DNA of 64,000 nt from SAR202 cluster bacterium (GTDB lineage: Bacteria; Chloroflexota; Dehalococcoidia; UBA6926; VFHL01). Positions within the stretch are counted from its first letter, which is position 1, and the number at the start of each line of letters is the position of its first letter. Both the position numbers and the translations under genes were made by a program. Of the stretch, positions 52,574-62,525 are shown one piece after another. The stretch covers positions 10,671-74,670 of the forward strand of contig VFHL01000006.1 in assembly GCA_009392005.1 (NCBI GenBank), read 5' to 3'. Below the pieces are notes generated by a model, which saw only the letters and a list, made by a program, of their open reading frames with translations, was not told the DNA's origin and did no database searches.

Positions 52574-53074
52574 ATGGAAGAGAAGGAACAAATCCAAGAA
52601 ATTCTGAAAATATTAGAAAAGGACCCGCGAATCAGCCCGGAAGAAATAGGACGATTAACTGACCTATCCGAGACGGAAGTTGAAAAGCATCTGTCGGAGG
52701 CCGAACAAAGCGGAACGATTTTAGGATACCGAACATACGTTGATTGGAAAAATGTTGGTCGCGAAGAAGTGCATGCCTTAGTCGAAGTGAAAATAACACC
52801 TCAGCGCGGCACCGGTTTTCAAACGATGGCAGAGCGCATTGCGCGGTTCCCTGAAGTCCACTCACTGTATTTGATTTCAGGCGACTATGACTTATCTATC
52901 CATCTTGTCGCCGCAAACATCTATGATGTATCTTCTTTCATTTCCGAGAAAATCGCTCCTCTTGAAGGGGTGCAAGGCACATCCACTCATTTTGTGATGC
53001 GCCGGTTCAAAGAAAATGGAGTGCTGATGATCGAAGGCGAAGATTCTCCAGAAAGACTGCCAATCGCGCCGTAA
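52574..53074 (+). CDS. Lrp/AsnC-family transcriptional regulator
   Basis: N-terminal HTH (ILKILEKDPRISPEEIGRLTDLSETEV) plus RAM domain. Confidence 0.85.
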   Translation: MEEKEQIQEILKILEKDPRISPEEIGRLTDLSETEVEKHLSEAEQSGTILGYRTYVDWKNVGREEVHALVEVKITPQRGTGFQTMAERIARFPEVHSLYLISGDYDLSIHLVAANIYDVSSFISEKIAPLEGVQGTSTHFVMRRFKENGVLMIEGEDSPERLPIAP

Positions 53075-53087
53075 GCCGAGGTTAATC

Positions 53088-54275
53088 GTGACTATCCCAT
53101 CAAAGAAAAATATACTTTCCCGCAAAGTCCAAGAAATCCCTCTTTCTGGTATCAGAAAGTTTTTTGACCTGATTGCAGCAAAAGACGACGTCATCTCGCT
53201 CGGTGTGGGAGAACCGGACTTTGTAACGCCATGGCACATTCGAGAAGCTGCAACATACTCAATCGAGCGCGGACAAACACATTACACATCGAATTTCGGG
53301 CTCCTAGAACTACGGCGTGAAATTGCACTGCATTTGCATAACCGTTATGGCGTGAATTACGATCCGGAAAATGAAATATTGGTTACGGTTGGAGTCAGTG
53401 AGGCATTGGATCTTGCAATGCGGGCTCTTTTGAACCCGGGAGACCAGGTAATTGGGCAAGAGCCAAGTTACGTATCTTATTTCCCCAATGTTCACCTAGC
53501 TGGTGGCACTTTTGTACCTGTTCCTACATCAATGGAAAATGGATTCCATATCGATCCACAGGCCATCGTAGAGCGCACCACGGATGCAACCCGAGCTTTG
53601 ATCCTCGCATCTCCAAACAACCCTACCGGCAGTGTTCTACCGCGGTCTGATTTAATTTCGATTGCAGAAATTGCAAAAGATAATGATTTGGTCGTAATCT
53701 CCGATGAAATATATGACCGCTTGACTTACGATACGGAACACACATGTTTCGCGTCATTACCTGGGATGCAAGAACGAACTTTACTTATGGGTGGTTTTTC
53801 AAAATCATATGCGATGACTGGCTGGCGTATTGGTTATGTTGCTGGTCCAGCAGAGATCATCGAAGGAATGATGAAAATTCACCAATACACTGTGATGTCA
53901 GCCCCCACAGCCGGGCAATATGCTGCGATCGAAGCTTTAAAAAACGGTGAACCCGATATTATTGAAATGCACGACGAATACAAGAGAAGAAGACATCTTA
54001 TCGTTGATAAATTGAAATCGATTGGCCTTTCTTGCGCGGAACCTGAAGGGGCTTTTTATGCTTTCCCATCAGTGGAACAAACAGGTCTCACATCGATCGA
54101 ATTTGCAGGAAAACTACTCGAAGAAGAAAGCGTCGCAGTAGTACCTGGATCTGCATTTGGCGAATCAGGTGAAGGTCATGTTCGATGCTGCTACGCTGTT
54201 TCAATTCATGAAATCGAAGAAGCATTAGACAGAATGGGACGTTTTGTAAAAAACCACTCTAGTAACGGCAGGTAA
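53088..54275 (+). CDS. PLP-dependent aminotransferase class I (aspartate/aromatic type)
   Basis: SKSYAMTGWRIGY PLP-lysine motif and LGVGEPDF N-terminal motif. Confidence 0.9.
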   Translation: MTIPSKKNILSRKVQEIPLSGIRKFFDLIAAKDDVISLGVGEPDFVTPWHIREAATYSIERGQTHYTSNFGLLELRREIALHLHNRYGVNYDPENEILVTVGVSEALDLAMRALLNPGDQVIGQEPSYVSYFPNVHLAGGTFVPVPTSMENGFHIDPQAIVERTTDATRALILASPNNPTGSVLPRSDLISIAEIAKDNDLVVISDEIYDRLTYDTEHTCFASLPGMQERTLLMGGFSKSYAMTGWRIGYVAGPAEIIEGMMKIHQYTVMSAPTAGQYAAIEALKNGEPDIIEMHDEYKRRRHLIVDKLKSIGLSCAEPEGAFYAFPSVEQTGLTSIEFAGKLLEEESVAVVPGSAFGESGEGHVRCCYAVSIHEIEEALDRMGRFVKNHSSNGR

Positions 54276-54279
54276 TTCG

Positions 54280-54939
54280 ATGACGAATCCTGACGGGCCT
54301 GATGATTTCGTTATGGAATTTCGAGGAGTCCAGCACCGCGAGCAAGCGGATGGCACTATCAGAATTTTAATGGAGACATCACGCGGTGACATTCAAGGTA
54401 TATTAAACCCGACCAAACAACCCACCAACAAATGCGTCCTTTTTGGTCACTTCACTGGTCCGGCTGATGGTGTTTACGAGACGTTAAGCCCGGAATTGAA
54501 TGAACAAGGCATAGCGGCTCTACGAATAAAATTCCGGAACCGCGAATTAGGTGAAGCAGTTGGGGATACTTTAGCTGGATTGTCATTCCTCAAGGCTATT
54601 GGAGTTGAGGAGACCGCGCTAGTTGGTGCCTCTTTTGGGGGCGCAGTAGCAATTCGCGCTGGCACGATTTCCCCATTGGTCAAAGGTGTTGCAACCCTCG
54701 CAAGCCAAACATTTGGAGCACAAGACGTTAGCGAACTCGCACCAAAACATTTGTTAATCCTCCACGGATTGGCTGACCAAGTACTTGGCCCACATAACGC
54801 ACGCAATATCTACGACTGGGCCAATGAACCGAAAGAAATGGTCCTATATCCAGAATCTGATCACAATCTGGCGTACTGCAAAGACGAAGTCCACGACAAA
54901 CTACTCGAGTGGCTAACAAATTTGTTGAACGGTCGTTAG
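54280..54939 (+). CDS. alpha/beta hydrolase (dienelactone-hydrolase-like)
   Basis: GASFGG nucleophile elbow, LHGLADQV, ESDH. Confidence 0.72.
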   Translation: MTNPDGPDDFVMEFRGVQHREQADGTIRILMETSRGDIQGILNPTKQPTNKCVLFGHFTGPADGVYETLSPELNEQGIAALRIKFRNRELGEAVGDTLAGLSFLKAIGVEETALVGASFGGAVAIRAGTISPLVKGVATLASQTFGAQDVSELAPKHLLILHGLADQVLGPHNARNIYDWANEPKEMVLYPESDHNLAYCKDEVHDKLLEWLTNLLNGR

Positions 54940-54994
54940 GGAACAAACCGCAAGAATATTTATCCCTCCAACAAAAACCGCCAACAACCCATGG

Positions 54995-55816
54995 TCATCC
55001 CAATCCAATATCCCGGCGTTCAAAAAAGACCACTGAAATGCTGAGAAAGAGTATGCCGGCGAAAACAAAAAATGCAGTATGCAACGGATCTAATCCAGCT
55101 TTTGTCATGTCTACTTGATCTTGATAATAAAATGGCGAAATTTTCGTAAATGGTTCCAGCCAGTCTACTAAGGGGCCCAATGCGTGCAATAAATATGATC
55201 CAACTGCGACCCCACTCGTGATACCAACACTAACCCCTCGTTTTCCAAACGTAGCACCCAAAGAAAAAGCCATCGCGCCAAAGACGAGACCTAAGAGACC
55301 AGTGCTAATCGTCGCTTCTACAATGCGCCAAAAATTAATTTCCATATTAACAATGACCACACCAACCCCGAAACTTGCCACATTTATAAGGGTTAGTATC
55401 ACAACTCCACCTACCATGGCTCCATATTTTTGAAGAATAATCTGCCGGCGTGTGACAGGATTCGAAAGCAAAAAATCCAATGTTCCCCGGCTTTCCTCGC
55501 CCGCAATGGCTGCACTACCGGTGGTGATCGCAAATGCCACGTAGAGCAATGGGACCATAAATGCCATCAACTCAACATTGATGAAACCTGCAGGCGATGC
55601 CATATCGAGAAGATCACCACCAGCAAATATTCTCATCAAGGGATCATCGCTAGCATCTTGTAATAACCCAGCGTAAGAATCAATATTTTCAATGAAAAAG
55701 GGATAAAAAAGCATGATGCTAATAATTAATCCCGCAAAACCAATGCTCCACCAACTGAGAGAGCGTCTTTGGTCCCACAAAGTTTTCCAAATAATGTTAT
55801 TTAACATATACACCAA
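54995..55816 (-). CDS. ABC-2 type transporter permease
   Basis: Six TM helices. Paired with the upstream ATPase. Confidence 0.75.
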   Translation of the reverse strand: MVYMLNNIIWKTLWDQRRSLSWWSIGFAGLIISIMLFYPFFIENIDSYAGLLQDASDDPLMRIFAGGDLLDMASPAGFINVELMAFMVPLLYVAFAITTGSAAIAGEESRGTLDFLLSNPVTRRQIILQKYGAMVGGVVILTLINVASFGVGVVIVNMEINFWRIVEATISTGLLGLVFGAMAFSLGATFGKRGVSVGITSGVAVGSYLLHALGPLVDWLEPFTKISPFYYQDQVDMTKAGLDPLHTAFFVFAGILFLSISVVFFERRDIGLG

Positions 55817-55830
55817 GTCTCATTGACAAA

Positions 55831-56748
55831 TCATTTCGCAAGATCATGTGATTCGGTTTGGTAGAAATCAAGAAAAACATCCTCTAAACCATCATCCTCA
55901 CTCTGGATTGACAAGACCTCAAATTGAGACGCACATTTCACTAAGGCATCGGCTGAACCAACGATCGTGCAACGCAGCATTAAACCTTCAGCCTGCACAT
56001 CTCTAATACCAGAAATGTTTGAAAATGCACTAATTGGCACGGGCTCTCCAAATTCTAACGTAATCCGATGATGGGCTCGTTCCCTTAAAGTTCTGATCTC
56101 CTCAAGAGTAATAAGCGTACCTTCCCTTAAAATCGCAACACGGTCGCACAGCCTTTCAACTTCAGGAACAATGTGCGATGAAATAAAGACAGTGCATCCG
56201 CGTTCTCGAGTCTCCTCTACCAGTGAATAAAACTCTTGCTGCATAAGCGGATCTAGTCCACTAGTCGGCTCATCCATCACAATCAATTCAGGTTCATTCA
56301 TAAAGGCTTGAATCAAACCTATCTTTTGCTTATTTCCTCGTGAAAGTTTGCCAATCAAACGCTCGAGATCTGCATCAAATCTTTCCGCCAATCCATGGAC
56401 ATAATCCCAATTAGAAGCGCCACGCAAATTGAAAAGATAGGTCAAGAACTCACGGCCTGTCATCTTTTCATAAATGGGAAGGTCACCCGGTAGATAACCG
56501 AGACGCAACTTAATTTCAGTACTATGGGCTCGGGAATCAAGACCGAATATCGCAGCAGAACCGCTGCTTGGACGAATAAAATCTAGGGCAGTACGAATCG
56601 TCGTTGTTTTCCCAGAACCATTCGGACCTAGATATCCAAATATCTCTCCTTCGGACACTTCCAAGTTCACATTTTCAACTGCGATAACATCACCATACAT
56701 CTTGGTGAGATTGGTAAATTCAACAACTGGAATATTGACCGAATCCAC
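55831..56748 (-). CDS. ABC transporter ATP-binding protein
   Basis: Walker A GPNGSGKTT, signature LSRGNKQKIG, Walker B LIVMDEPTSGLD. The start is chosen as GTG at 56748 (VDSVNIPVVEFTNL...) with GAGGT SD. The ORF track's 60-aa N-terminal extension to 56928 has no counterpart in ABC ATPases. Confidence 0.85.
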   Translation of the reverse strand: MDSVNIPVVEFTNLTKMYGDVIAVENVNLEVSEGEIFGYLGPNGSGKTTTIRTALDFIRPSSGSAAIFGLDSRAHSTEIKLRLGYLPGDLPIYEKMTGREFLTYLFNLRGASNWDYVHGLAERFDADLERLIGKLSRGNKQKIGLIQAFMNEPELIVMDEPTSGLDPLMQQEFYSLVEETRERGCTVFISSHIVPEVERLCDRVAILREGTLITLEEIRTLRERAHHRITLEFGEPVPISAFSNISGIRDVQAEGLMLRCTIVGSADALVKCASQFEVLSIQSEDDGLEDVFLDFYQTESHDLAK

Positions 56749-57121
56749 AAATACCTCGTTCCTAAAAGACGAAACTTCTATTATCAAAACACAGATTGAG
56801 AACCATCCGCTAATGATCTCAAATTTTTTGCCGGAATGAAATACAATCCTGACAACATACTGAATCACCGCACTATAAGACAAATCGTAAGTAGCACTAC
56901 ATTTTTTTGTCAGTGCATTGACACACACCTTTTCTGTCTATATATTGGCATCGCCAACGACCCTTGAGAGGGCGGTGAGCAGGCAATGCAACAAAGTAGT
57001 CAATGAACACGTCGCTCGGATTTTCATAACCGAGACGGCAGGGTTTCTATAAAGCCTGTTATACACCCTCCCAAGCGTTTTGGGAGGGTTTTTTGTTGAG
57101 TTTTGAAATAAACGAGCAAAA

Positions 57122-58108
57122 ATGAACGGCACACTAACAGACATAAAAGGGTTACAGGTAGGTCATTACACCGATGAAACGGCAGCCACAGGGTGTACAG
57201 TGATCCTGTGTCCGCCAAACGGTGCAGTAGCCGGATACGACATCCGTGGATCAGCACCTGGCACGCGTGAAACAGATTTGCTCCGCCCAGGCAATCTGGT
57301 TCAACATGCAAATGCAATCGTCTTGAGCGGCGGCAGCGCTTTCGGTTTAGATACAGCCAGCGGAGTTGTCCACTATCTTGAAGAAAGAGACATTGGATTC
57401 AACGCACGTGTTGCTAAAGTTCCAATAGTTCCTGCAGCCATTCTTTTTGATCTCGGTATCGGACAATCTGGCATCCGCCCAACCGCCGAATCTGGCTATG
57501 AAGCATGCTTAAATGCAACCAGTGACCAAGTGCAACAAGGATCCGTTGGAGCCGGTACAGGCGCGACAGTCGCAAAAGTTTTGGGACCGAACCACGCAAT
57601 CAAGGGCGGCTTAGGATCTGCTAGCATTCAAATGGATAACGGATACATTGTCGCAGCTTTGTTTGCGGTCAACGCTGTTGGTGATGTAGTGAACCCTGAA
57701 ACAGGCGAGACGATAGCTGGACCACGTAACGTCGAATCCCAAGGTTTCCATAATAGTATTGAGATCCTTCAGAAACGTACAATTGATCTACAACCAACAT
57801 CATCCACAAATACGACGATCGGAGTCGTCGCTACAGATGCTCCGCTCAACAAAGAACAGGTGACTAAATTTGCCCAGATGGCAAACAGCGGGATGGCACG
57901 AGCCCTACGCCCTGCTCACACGATGGCAGACGGAGATCTTGTCTTTGCTCTATCAATTTCTGAAGAATCAAGGGGAGATGTTGACCTCACTGCATTAGGG
58001 GCTCTCGCAGGAAAGGTAACAGAAAAGGCAATTATGAATGCAGCTCACAAAGCGCATGGACTAAGTGGAGTCCCATCAGCTAAGGAATGGTTAGATGGTA
58101 ACTCCTAA
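57122..58108 (+). CDS. P1 (DmpA/S58) family aminopeptidase, Ntn-hydrolase fold
   Basis: GLQVGHYTDETAATGCTVIL N-terminus and the overall DmpA/BapA/ArgJ-like pattern. Confidence 0.82.
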   Translation: MNGTLTDIKGLQVGHYTDETAATGCTVILCPPNGAVAGYDIRGSAPGTRETDLLRPGNLVQHANAIVLSGGSAFGLDTASGVVHYLEERDIGFNARVAKVPIVPAAILFDLGIGQSGIRPTAESGYEACLNATSDQVQQGSVGAGTGATVAKVLGPNHAIKGGLGSASIQMDNGYIVAALFAVNAVGDVVNPETGETIAGPRNVESQGFHNSIEILQKRTIDLQPTSSTNTTIGVVATDAPLNKEQVTKFAQMANSGMARALRPAHTMADGDLVFALSISEESRGDVDLTALGALAGKVTEKAIMNAAHKAHGLSGVPSAKEWLDGNS

Positions 58109-58994
58109 AAAAAGATCGCGGATGCGAATAGGGTTCATTGGAGCAGGCACGGTTGCAACAGCTCTCGCAATACATTTACACTCAAAGGGCTACCCTATCA
58201 CCAGTGTGGCAAGTCGTTCATTTGCTTCAGCAAAAGCCCTCTCAGATGCAGTTCCAGGTTGTACAGCAACGATGGATCAAGAAGAAGTTCTGAAGGAAGC
58301 TTCCATTATCTTTCTTACCGTTCCAGATGATGCGATCCGTGACACGGCAAACAATTTGGAATGGGGCGCCCAGCATATGGTCGCCCATTGTAGTGGGTCT
58401 CTAGGATTAGATGTACTGGACGGACCTCGGCGTCTAGCAGCACAAATTGGAGTACTCCATCCATTCCAAACTTTCTCCAGCTCTGCCAACGCCGGCGAAA
58501 ATTTTTCAGGATCGACATTTGCGGTTGAAGCAGGAGAACCTTTTTTGGGAATTCTAAAGGGATTCATCACCGATTTTGGCGGTGTAGCCGTAGACCTAAG
58601 TGACAAGAATCATGCTCTTTACCACCTATCTGGCGTCATTGCATCAAACTACCTCGTGACACTCGTGAACATCGCCATTGAACTGTGGAAAACGAGTGGG
58701 CTGACTGAAGAAGAAGCACTTCCCGCAGTTTTACCTTTAATGCGTAATACCCTCGCAAATTTAGAAGCAAATGGCATTCCTCAAAGCCTTACAGGACCGA
58801 TATCACGTGGCGATATTGATACTGTGGAAAAACATCTCGCCAAATTACAAGAAACTCGGCCTGATTTATTACCTTTGTATGGGCAATTAGGATTAGACAC
58901 TGTACGAATATCCACCAAAAAAAATCAGGCCACTGAAGAGAGCCTCAATAAAATTCGAACGATTTTGAAAAAATCAATTGTGGAGGAACGTTGA
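58095..58994 (+). CDS. Rossmann + DUF2520 protein, putative PanG-type 2-dehydropantoate reductase
   Basis: MRIGFIGAGTVATALA Rossmann motif and DUF2520-like C-terminal half. Immediately upstream of panD-panB-panC. Alternative ATG at 58122. Confidence 0.55.
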   Translation: MVTPKKRSRMRIGFIGAGTVATALAIHLHSKGYPITSVASRSFASAKALSDAVPGCTATMDQEEVLKEASIIFLTVPDDAIRDTANNLEWGAQHMVAHCSGSLGLDVLDGPRRLAAQIGVLHPFQTFSSSANAGENFSGSTFAVEAGEPFLGILKGFITDFGGVAVDLSDKNHALYHLSGVIASNYLVTLVNIAIELWKTSGLTEEEALPAVLPLMRNTLANLEANGIPQSLTGPISRGDIDTVEKHLAKLQETRPDLLPLYGQLGLDTVRISTKKNQATEESLNKIRTILKKSIVEER

Positions 58995-59365
58995 TGAGGA
59001 CAATGCTCGCCGGGAAAATACATCGAGCAACAGTCACTGAAGCAAACGTTGACTACGAAGGCAGCGTAACGATTGATACTGATTTGATGGAGGCCGCAGA
59101 TATTTTACCCTTTGAATTGGTTCATGTGTTGGATATTGACACAGGAGCGAGGCTAGAAACTTATGCCATTGAAGGCGAGCGCGGATCACGCGTCATATGC
59201 ATGAATGGGGCCGCCGCAAGATTGGTAAAAAAGGGTGACAAGGTCATAATCCTACACTATCGATCCGTTGACGAAGAGATCGCGCTCAGTGGTTTCAAGC
59301 CACACATCGCTTTAGTCGACCAAAATAACGACCTGATTTCAGTCCCCAATCCCCTTGTAACATAA
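58991..59365 (+). CDS. panD: aspartate 1-decarboxylase (pyruvoyl-dependent)
   Basis: MLAGKIHRATVTEANVDYEGS with the G-S self-cleavage site. Confidence 0.95.
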   Translation: MMRTMLAGKIHRATVTEANVDYEGSVTIDTDLMEAADILPFELVHVLDIDTGARLETYAIEGERGSRVICMNGAAARLVKKGDKVIILHYRSVDEEIALSGFKPHIALVDQNNDLISVPNPLVT

Positions 59366-59397
59366 ATCAATGGAATTCTGGTACAAAGGATAAAAAA

Positions 59398-60246
59398 ATG
59401 CGCGTAACGATACAACAAATTCAAGATATGAAAAGGCATGGGGAAAAAATACCTATGCTCACCGCATACGATTATCCAACCGCACGCATTCTTGATGACG
59501 CTAAAATACCTCTGTTACTTGTGGGAGACAGCCTTGGTAATGTTGTACTCGGATACGAAACCACCGTTCCAGTCACACTAGAAGATATGATTCACCATAC
59601 AAAAGCTGTTGCACGAGGTGCAAAAACACCTCATGTCATTGGTGACATGCCGTTCCTTACTTATCAAACATCTATCCCAGACGCCCTAAGGAATGCAGGA
59701 CGTTTCATGCAAGAGGCTGGCGCTAACTCCGTCAAACTTGAAGGTGGCGCCATAATGGCGGAAACAGTAAATGCACTCGTTGAACGGGGAATCCCAGTGA
59801 TGGGGCACCTCGGTTTAACACCACAATCTGTGAACCAAATCGGTTTGAGAGCACAGGGGCGCACAATTGACGCCGCTCAAAAATTACTGGAAGATGCCGT
59901 AATTCTACAAGATGCAGGGGCGTACGCGGTGGTCCTTGAAGCCGTTCCTGCTACCCTTGCGAAAATGATTACTGAACGTTTATCAATACCAACGATAGGG
60001 ATCGGGGCCGGACCAGATTGCGACGGCCAAGTACAAGTAATAAGCGACATGCTTGGTCTGTTTACTGATTTCGTACCGAAACATGTGAAGCAATATGCTC
60101 ACCTAGCAGAATCAATGCGCGATGCGATCAACAACTATATGGTTGATGTGGCTGAAGGATCTTTCCCCACGCTCGAGCATAGCTTTACGTTTAGCAATGG
60201 CGTAGAAGAAGAATTAGTCCAAGAACTTAAAAAAAAGATCCGTTAA
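59398..60246 (+). CDS. panB: 3-methyl-2-oxobutanoate hydroxymethyltransferase
   Basis: LTAYDYPTA, VGDSLG, GHLGLTPQS motifs. Confidence 0.95.
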   Translation: MRVTIQQIQDMKRHGEKIPMLTAYDYPTARILDDAKIPLLLVGDSLGNVVLGYETTVPVTLEDMIHHTKAVARGAKTPHVIGDMPFLTYQTSIPDALRNAGRFMQEAGANSVKLEGGAIMAETVNALVERGIPVMGHLGLTPQSVNQIGLRAQGRTIDAAQKLLEDAVILQDAGAYAVVLEAVPATLAKMITERLSIPTIGIGAGPDCDGQVQVISDMLGLFTDFVPKHVKQYAHLAESMRDAINNYMVDVAEGSFPTLEHSFTFSNGVEEELVQELKKKIR

Positions 60247-60276
60247 TAACAGCCACTTGAGCTCTATTACCAAAAC

Positions 60277-61113
60277 ATGAAAATCATAGAATCGATACCT
60301 GAATTTCGATCACTGCGCCAAAACCTCAATGGCTCAGTAGGATTCGTACCAACAATGGGCTACTTGCACGCTGGTCATATTGCTCTGGTACAAGAAGCTC
60401 GCAACCAAAACTCAACAGTAATTGCTTCAATTTTCGTCAATCCAACCCAGTTTGGTCCAAACGAAGACTTGGAAAGTTACCCACGTGATTTGGAGGCAGA
60501 CACGGTTGCATTGAAAACGGCTGGCACAGATTACGTTTACTACCCAACTGTTGAAGACATTTACCCACCGACGTTTGACACGTACATCGAAGTCGGAAGT
60601 GTCACGGAACCGTTAGAGGGTAGAAAACGACCAACACATTTTCGTGGTGTAGCAACTGTTGTAACCAAGCTTTTCAATATTGTCCAACCTCATCGCGCAT
60701 ATTTTGGCCAAAAAGACGGACAACAAGTAATCGTTATCAAAAAGATGGTCAATGACCTCAATATACCAATAGAGATAATCACTGTGCCCACAGTACGAGA
60801 ATCTGACGGCCTCGCTATGAGTAGCCGGAATAGCTACTTGAGCGAACGTGAACGAAACGCAGCAACAATCATCTATCGAAGCCTAAATGAAGTACAGAGC
60901 TTGTTCAAAAATGGACAACGGGACGCCGAAAAATTACGCGAAACAATGCGAAATGTATTAACATCCGAGCCTCTTGCCAAGATTGAATATATCTCTGTCG
61001 CTGATACGGACACATTGAACGAACTGTCCGTAGTCGAAAACAATGCGATCGCATCTCTAGCGGTACAGATTGGAAAAACACACCTAATTGATAATGTGCT
61101 CCTGATACAATAA
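60277..61113 (+). CDS. panC: pantoate--beta-alanine ligase
   Basis: PTMGYLHAGH (HIGH-like) motif and FGQKDGQQ. Confidence 0.95.
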   Translation: MKIIESIPEFRSLRQNLNGSVGFVPTMGYLHAGHIALVQEARNQNSTVIASIFVNPTQFGPNEDLESYPRDLEADTVALKTAGTDYVYYPTVEDIYPPTFDTYIEVGSVTEPLEGRKRPTHFRGVATVVTKLFNIVQPHRAYFGQKDGQQVIVIKKMVNDLNIPIEIITVPTVRESDGLAMSSRNSYLSERERNAATIIYRSLNEVQSLFKNGQRDAEKLRETMRNVLTSEPLAKIEYISVADTDTLNELSVVENNAIASLAVQIGKTHLIDNVLLIQ

Positions 61114-61185
61114 CGACGCAGAGTACAAAAAAGATCCACAACGTATCCAGAACGGATACTGCCATAAAATGATTGAGTCCATTCA

Positions 61186-62520
61186 ATGCAATTGAAGAAA
61201 ATAGCCACCGCAATCCTGATAGATGAATCTGCCCAAAAGGATCGTGTTCTACTTTTGCGCAAGAATATTTCAACAGATCAACAACCAGGACTTTGGTCTG
61301 GCCTATCAACAAACCTTGAAGACGGTGCTATCCCAGAAGAGCGTGCGCGATCAGAGATATTGAACCAAACTAATATTCCTCCTGACAACCTTCATCTCCT
61401 CGCACGCGGTGAAATGATTTCCCGCCTAGATACATCGTTGAATAATGATTGGGAAATCTACCCTTTGTTATTTGGAATTACCCCAACCAGCAATCTGAAT
61501 CTAGACCAAATGTTCGTTGAGAGCCAATGGGTTCTACCAGAACAAATCATTGATTTTGATACCACTCCTCATTTCCGTGATGTATTTGATGCAGTGTATC
61601 CAATCGAAGTTCTATTGCTTGAAAAAGGCGAGGATTTAAGACGTCGCGTGCGACAAATTTCTCTAGATCAAAAGCGAGGCGCGTCCGAACTCGCCCAAGA
61701 CGCAGCTAGACTACTCAGAAATGTTGCTTTAACTACAAATGATGTCGCTATACTTGAAAAATCGTGTCTTATAGTCGCAGAATGTCGTCCAGCGGTCGCA
61801 CCAATTTGTAACATAGCATTAACCATATTGGGGGCAGCTCGTGGTGCCCTTAGCCGAGATCCTTTAGCCGCAGCTGCTCGAAGCGCGAAGCGGATGACTG
61901 CCGGATTGGAATCAGCATCTCAGTTGATTGCAGAATATGGACGTGTATACCTAAAAGGAACTGGTATTACTTTCTCCGCGTCATCGGCAGTGCGTGGCGC
62001 GCTTCTTGCAAACCAAGACCAAGTCACACGTGTACTCATCGCTAGATCGTCCACTTCAATGGAAGGACTTGATCAAGCTACAAAATTGAAACAATCAGGA
62101 TTTAACGTAGAAGTCATTGATGAATCTGAAGTTTCAAAAGTATTGAAAAGTGTAGATTTCGGCATGATAGGTGCCTCATCATATCTCGGTGATGGGTCGA
62201 TCGTGAATAGAAAGGGAACTTTAGCACTTGCGAATGCCGTTGTACAACAGGGTCTGCCATTCTACGTATTTGCTGATACTTTGAAACTTGCGCCATGGAC
62301 ACCAGATGCGCCGATCAAACTAGGATGGGAAGAACGCCAAGAAAGTTCAATGACCACTAAATCAGAAAATATCGGTGGTTATCCCAATTTTGAAATCGTC
62401 CCAAGCGACCTCATCACCAAATACGTGACCGATGAAGGGATCCGTAATCCAGACCAAATGGCCACGCTTGCCCGTAGTTCCGCTAAACTGTGGGCACAAC
62501 TAAATAATGCAAATAGGTAA
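61186..62520 (+). CDS. fusion protein: degenerate Nudix-like N-domain plus eIF-2B/MtnA-family (IF-2B) C-domain
   Basis: N-terminal G-x5-E-x7-R spacing but REUXEE degraded to RARSEI. C-terminal GASSYLGDGSIVNRKGT and VFADTLKL match the IF-2B family GADxxxxNGxxxNKIGT / VxAETxK motifs. Confidence 0.6.
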   Translation: MQLKKIATAILIDESAQKDRVLLLRKNISTDQQPGLWSGLSTNLEDGAIPEERARSEILNQTNIPPDNLHLLARGEMISRLDTSLNNDWEIYPLLFGITPTSNLNLDQMFVESQWVLPEQIIDFDTTPHFRDVFDAVYPIEVLLLEKGEDLRRRVRQISLDQKRGASELAQDAARLLRNVALTTNDVAILEKSCLIVAECRPAVAPICNIALTILGAARGALSRDPLAAAARSAKRMTAGLESASQLIAEYGRVYLKGTGITFSASSAVRGALLANQDQVTRVLIARSSTSMEGLDQATKLKQSGFNVEVIDESEVSKVLKSVDFGMIGASSYLGDGSIVNRKGTLALANAVVQQGLPFYVFADTLKLAPWTPDAPIKLGWEERQESSMTTKSENIGGYPNFEIVPSDLITKYVTDEGIRNPDQMATLARSSAKLWAQLNNANR

Positions 62521-62525
62521 GATAT

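Noticed and set aside
55831-56928. 365-aa version of the ABC ATPase
   Set aside because: The first 60 aa (MCVNALTKKCSATYDL...) are hydrophobic and Cys-rich and have no counterpart in ABC ATPases. A GTG with a good SD at 56748 gives a canonical N-terminus.
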